This document shows positions 61,701 through 64,000 of a stretch of DNA of 64,000 nt, one piece after another. The position numbers and the translations under genes were made by a program. The notes under the pieces were generated by a model. That model was not told the DNA's origin, did no database searches, and was given only the letters and a program-made list of their open reading frames with translations. The first letter of the stretch is position 1. Each line of letters starts with the position of its first letter. This DNA comes from Haliotis rufescens (taxonomy: Eukaryota), in the NCBI RefSeq assembly GCF_023055435.1, contig NW_025964235.1:1550001-1614000 (forward strand), given 5' to 3'.

Positions 61701-63543
61701 TTATTAGTATTTTAACAAAGGTTAACAGCATCCCCGACCCTCCAACCAAATATCAACTGACCGGCCTCCGATAACGATGAGCTAATCGTTGATGTTAACT
61801 CCCCCGCTTGCCTCCTGATATACAACACGTGATGTTCGCCGACAGGTTTGTAACAGTTCTTTCCTCGTCAGTCTGCAGGCCACATTGACGACCACGTTGT
61901 CACAATCAACTCTGATGCCTACGCCGTCCTCGACGACGATCTCATACCAACAGGTGAGGTGACCTCGGCGGTCGCGCTAATCTGGTGTGGTGTCATATTA
62001 TTTTCATGTTGCCAGAATTACATGACAGCGGCATAAACTTACATTGACTCCTTTACTCCCTGACCACTATGGGGGATATAGTAGCGCAATTTCATTTGAA
62101 TGTTCTCTTCACTCTAGTGTAGTGTACACTCAATGAATGCTCACATTTTATTCGTAGATTCATATTATCATAGTTCCCGTTTTAGGTGAGCTAAAAGATG
62201 TTGCTGAAACCCCTTACGACCTGCGGAGCCCGGTGCGGCTGGGAGATGACATGACGTCAGTTCCGGGTGGAACAGGATACACTGTCAGCTATAACTTGGA
62301 GGATTCGGGGACCCTGAAACACGTGGCAAGGTGGGAATAACGTTAGTCACGTGGTGAGCGTGACATTTGTATCTCAGAGCTTCACGTAGCAGGGTGGGCG
62401 TGACGTTTTGTATCTCCGAGCTTCACGTCACATGGTGAACTAGGCAATCAGCAGGATGGACAAATATGTCCTGCTCAGTAGGAATCCAACATGCTTCAGT
62501 TTCCCACCGTGTCCAGCCACTTGCCTTGTTTCTCCTCATTTACAGAGTGGAGCATCCCCCATCAGGCCGTGTCCTCGAAATGTCCACAACAGAACCCTCT
62601 GTCTTATTCTACACCAGCTACTATCTGGATGCCAAGGGCAAAGGCAAAGGTGGCGCCACCTATGGGAAGTTTGCAGGCGTTTGCCTTGAAGCCCAGCATC
62701 ACCCGGACAGTGTGAATCAGGTGAGTCAACGCAATCGCCTTGAAGCCCAGCATCACCCGGACAGTATGAATCAGGTGAGTCAACGCAATCGCCTTGATGC
62801 CCAGCATCACCCGGACAGTGTGAATCAGGTGAGTCAACGCAATTGTCTTGCAGCCCAGCATCACCCGGACAGTGTGAATCAGGTGAGTCAACGCAATCGC
62901 CTTGAAGCCCAGCATCACCCGGACAGTGTGAATCAGGTGAGTCAACGCAATTGTCTTGAAGCCCAGCATCACCCGGACAGTGTGAATCAGGTGAGTCAAC
63001 GCAATCGCCTTGAAGCCCAGCATCACCCGGACAGTGTGAATCAGGTGAGTCAACGCAATCGCCTTGAAGCCCAGCATCACCCGGACAGTGTGAATCAGGT
63101 GAGTCAACGCCATATCCTGAAATGTAACACAGACTTGAAGCATTTTGTAGCACAGTTGATGGAAGCACCTGAAACAGACATAAAATACTCACAACACACC
63201 TTTTTGGGGCATAAATACTATTTTGCTATCTCGACAACTACGCTACAAAGCGGTATTGTACGTGACCCACGTGACCCATGTGTACCCATATGGCGGAGTC
63301 CTGGCAGGGAAGATGTACATATTCTTTAAGATGTTTATTCAGGTGAGGAAGTGATAAAATCAAGGGAGGTCACCCAAACGAGCAGCTTCATTTCATCATT
63401 TATCCTCGTGCCAAATTTGCCAATGTCGAGAGACTTTATTGCAAGAGACATTGTTTCAGCCCAGTTTCCCCAGTACGATCCTCCGACCCGGCGAGACCTA
63501 CAGACAGACAACCGTCTACAGATTCAGTGTAGACACCCAGTAG
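55761..63543 (+). CDS. GALM: Aldose 1-epimerase / galactose mutarotase-like, copy B2 (7 exons, 348 aa with the first exon-6 donor)
   Basis: Exons 55761-55819, 60246-60376, 61008-61378, 61872-61953, 62186-62330, 62546-62720 (further in-frame donors up to 63098), 63460-63543. Motifs [34 protein letters not shown]. Confidence 0.93.
56068..56856. other. Assembly gap (N run)
   Basis: Ns following a GT/GA microsatellite in B2 intron 1. Confidence 1.
58204..58848. repeat. 79-bp tandem repeat, 8 copies
   Basis: Lies within the Tc1 relic. Confidence 0.95.
58903..59323. repeat. 60-bp tandem repeat, 7 copies
   Basis: Amplified PRSGRP-coding segment of the Tc1 relic. Confidence 0.95.
60667..60905 (+). 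mobile_element. SINE-like retroposon family B
   Basis: Full-length copy. Confidence 0.8.
62682..63110 (+). repeat. 54-bp exon-end/splice-donor tandem array in B2 (8 units, open frame)
   Basis: CAG/GTGAGT at 62720, 62774, 62828, 62882, 62936, 62990, 63044, 63098; unit encodes VSQRNRLEAQHHPDSVNQ. Confidence 0.95.
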
Positions 63544-63915
63544 ACAAGCAGACACTGTCTACAAATTCAGCGTAGACAGGCAGTAGACTGGCAAACACAG
63601 TCTACAGATTCCATATAGAGGTCCAAAAGACTGTCCTCCCTCGCCATGTTGTCTGCGGCTTCGTCCATGGTAGAGTCACTCCGAGGGGCCGGATGAGGAC
63701 CACTCCTTTCCAGTAAATATCTATGTAGAGCAAATATATTATTCCTCGGTCATATAAAGTAAAGCTGCTCTCAGTTTAAATCATCATGCGTTGTATTTCA
63801 TGGGCGACGCTAAAGAACTCATTGCTGTTTATGTGTTTACCTATAGTGATAAGGAATTAAATGTGCTACTTAGAAGATAAATACTATGTGTGTGTCTATT
63901 TCCGGGATTTTATCG

Positions 63916-64000
63916 AGTATTTGCATCTTGAAAATTCATCTCGAGACCCGAAAGCGTTAGCTTGTGGGGCTCGAATGAAAATTTCCAAGATGCAAATACT
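63916..64000. repeat. Hairpin / small MITE-like palindrome
   Basis: agtatttgcatcttg ... caagatgcaaatact. Confidence 0.6.

Overview
Intron-rich animal genomic DNA, probably molluscan (inferred from the SINE families only; no taxon can be proven). Most ORF-track entries are artefacts of introns or tandem repeats. 561-13307 (minus): an hnRNP L family gene with 18 exons traced by hand; its last exon lies beyond the left edge. It has two U12 minor-spliceosome introns, one with non-canonical AT-AA (or AT-AG) ends. Head-to-head with it, 14217-63543 (plus): four intact aldose 1-epimerase (GALM-like) genes in two subtypes (A1, A2 with 8 exons; B1, B2 with 7 exons) plus an orphan B-type exon. All four keep the catalytic His and Glu but have a remodelled sugar pocket (conserved Asp to Thr, Gln to Met/Leu, and Asn to Asp in subtype A). 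In both B genes a 54-bp unit covering the catalytic-Glu codon and the 5' splice site is tandemly amplified. This gives 8 perfect in-frame donors in B2 and about 29 mostly stop-preceded donors in B1. The cluster is packed with unrelated minisatellites, four SINE-like families, Penelope-like remnants with hammerhead-like termini, a Tc1 relic and MITEs. There are two N gaps.
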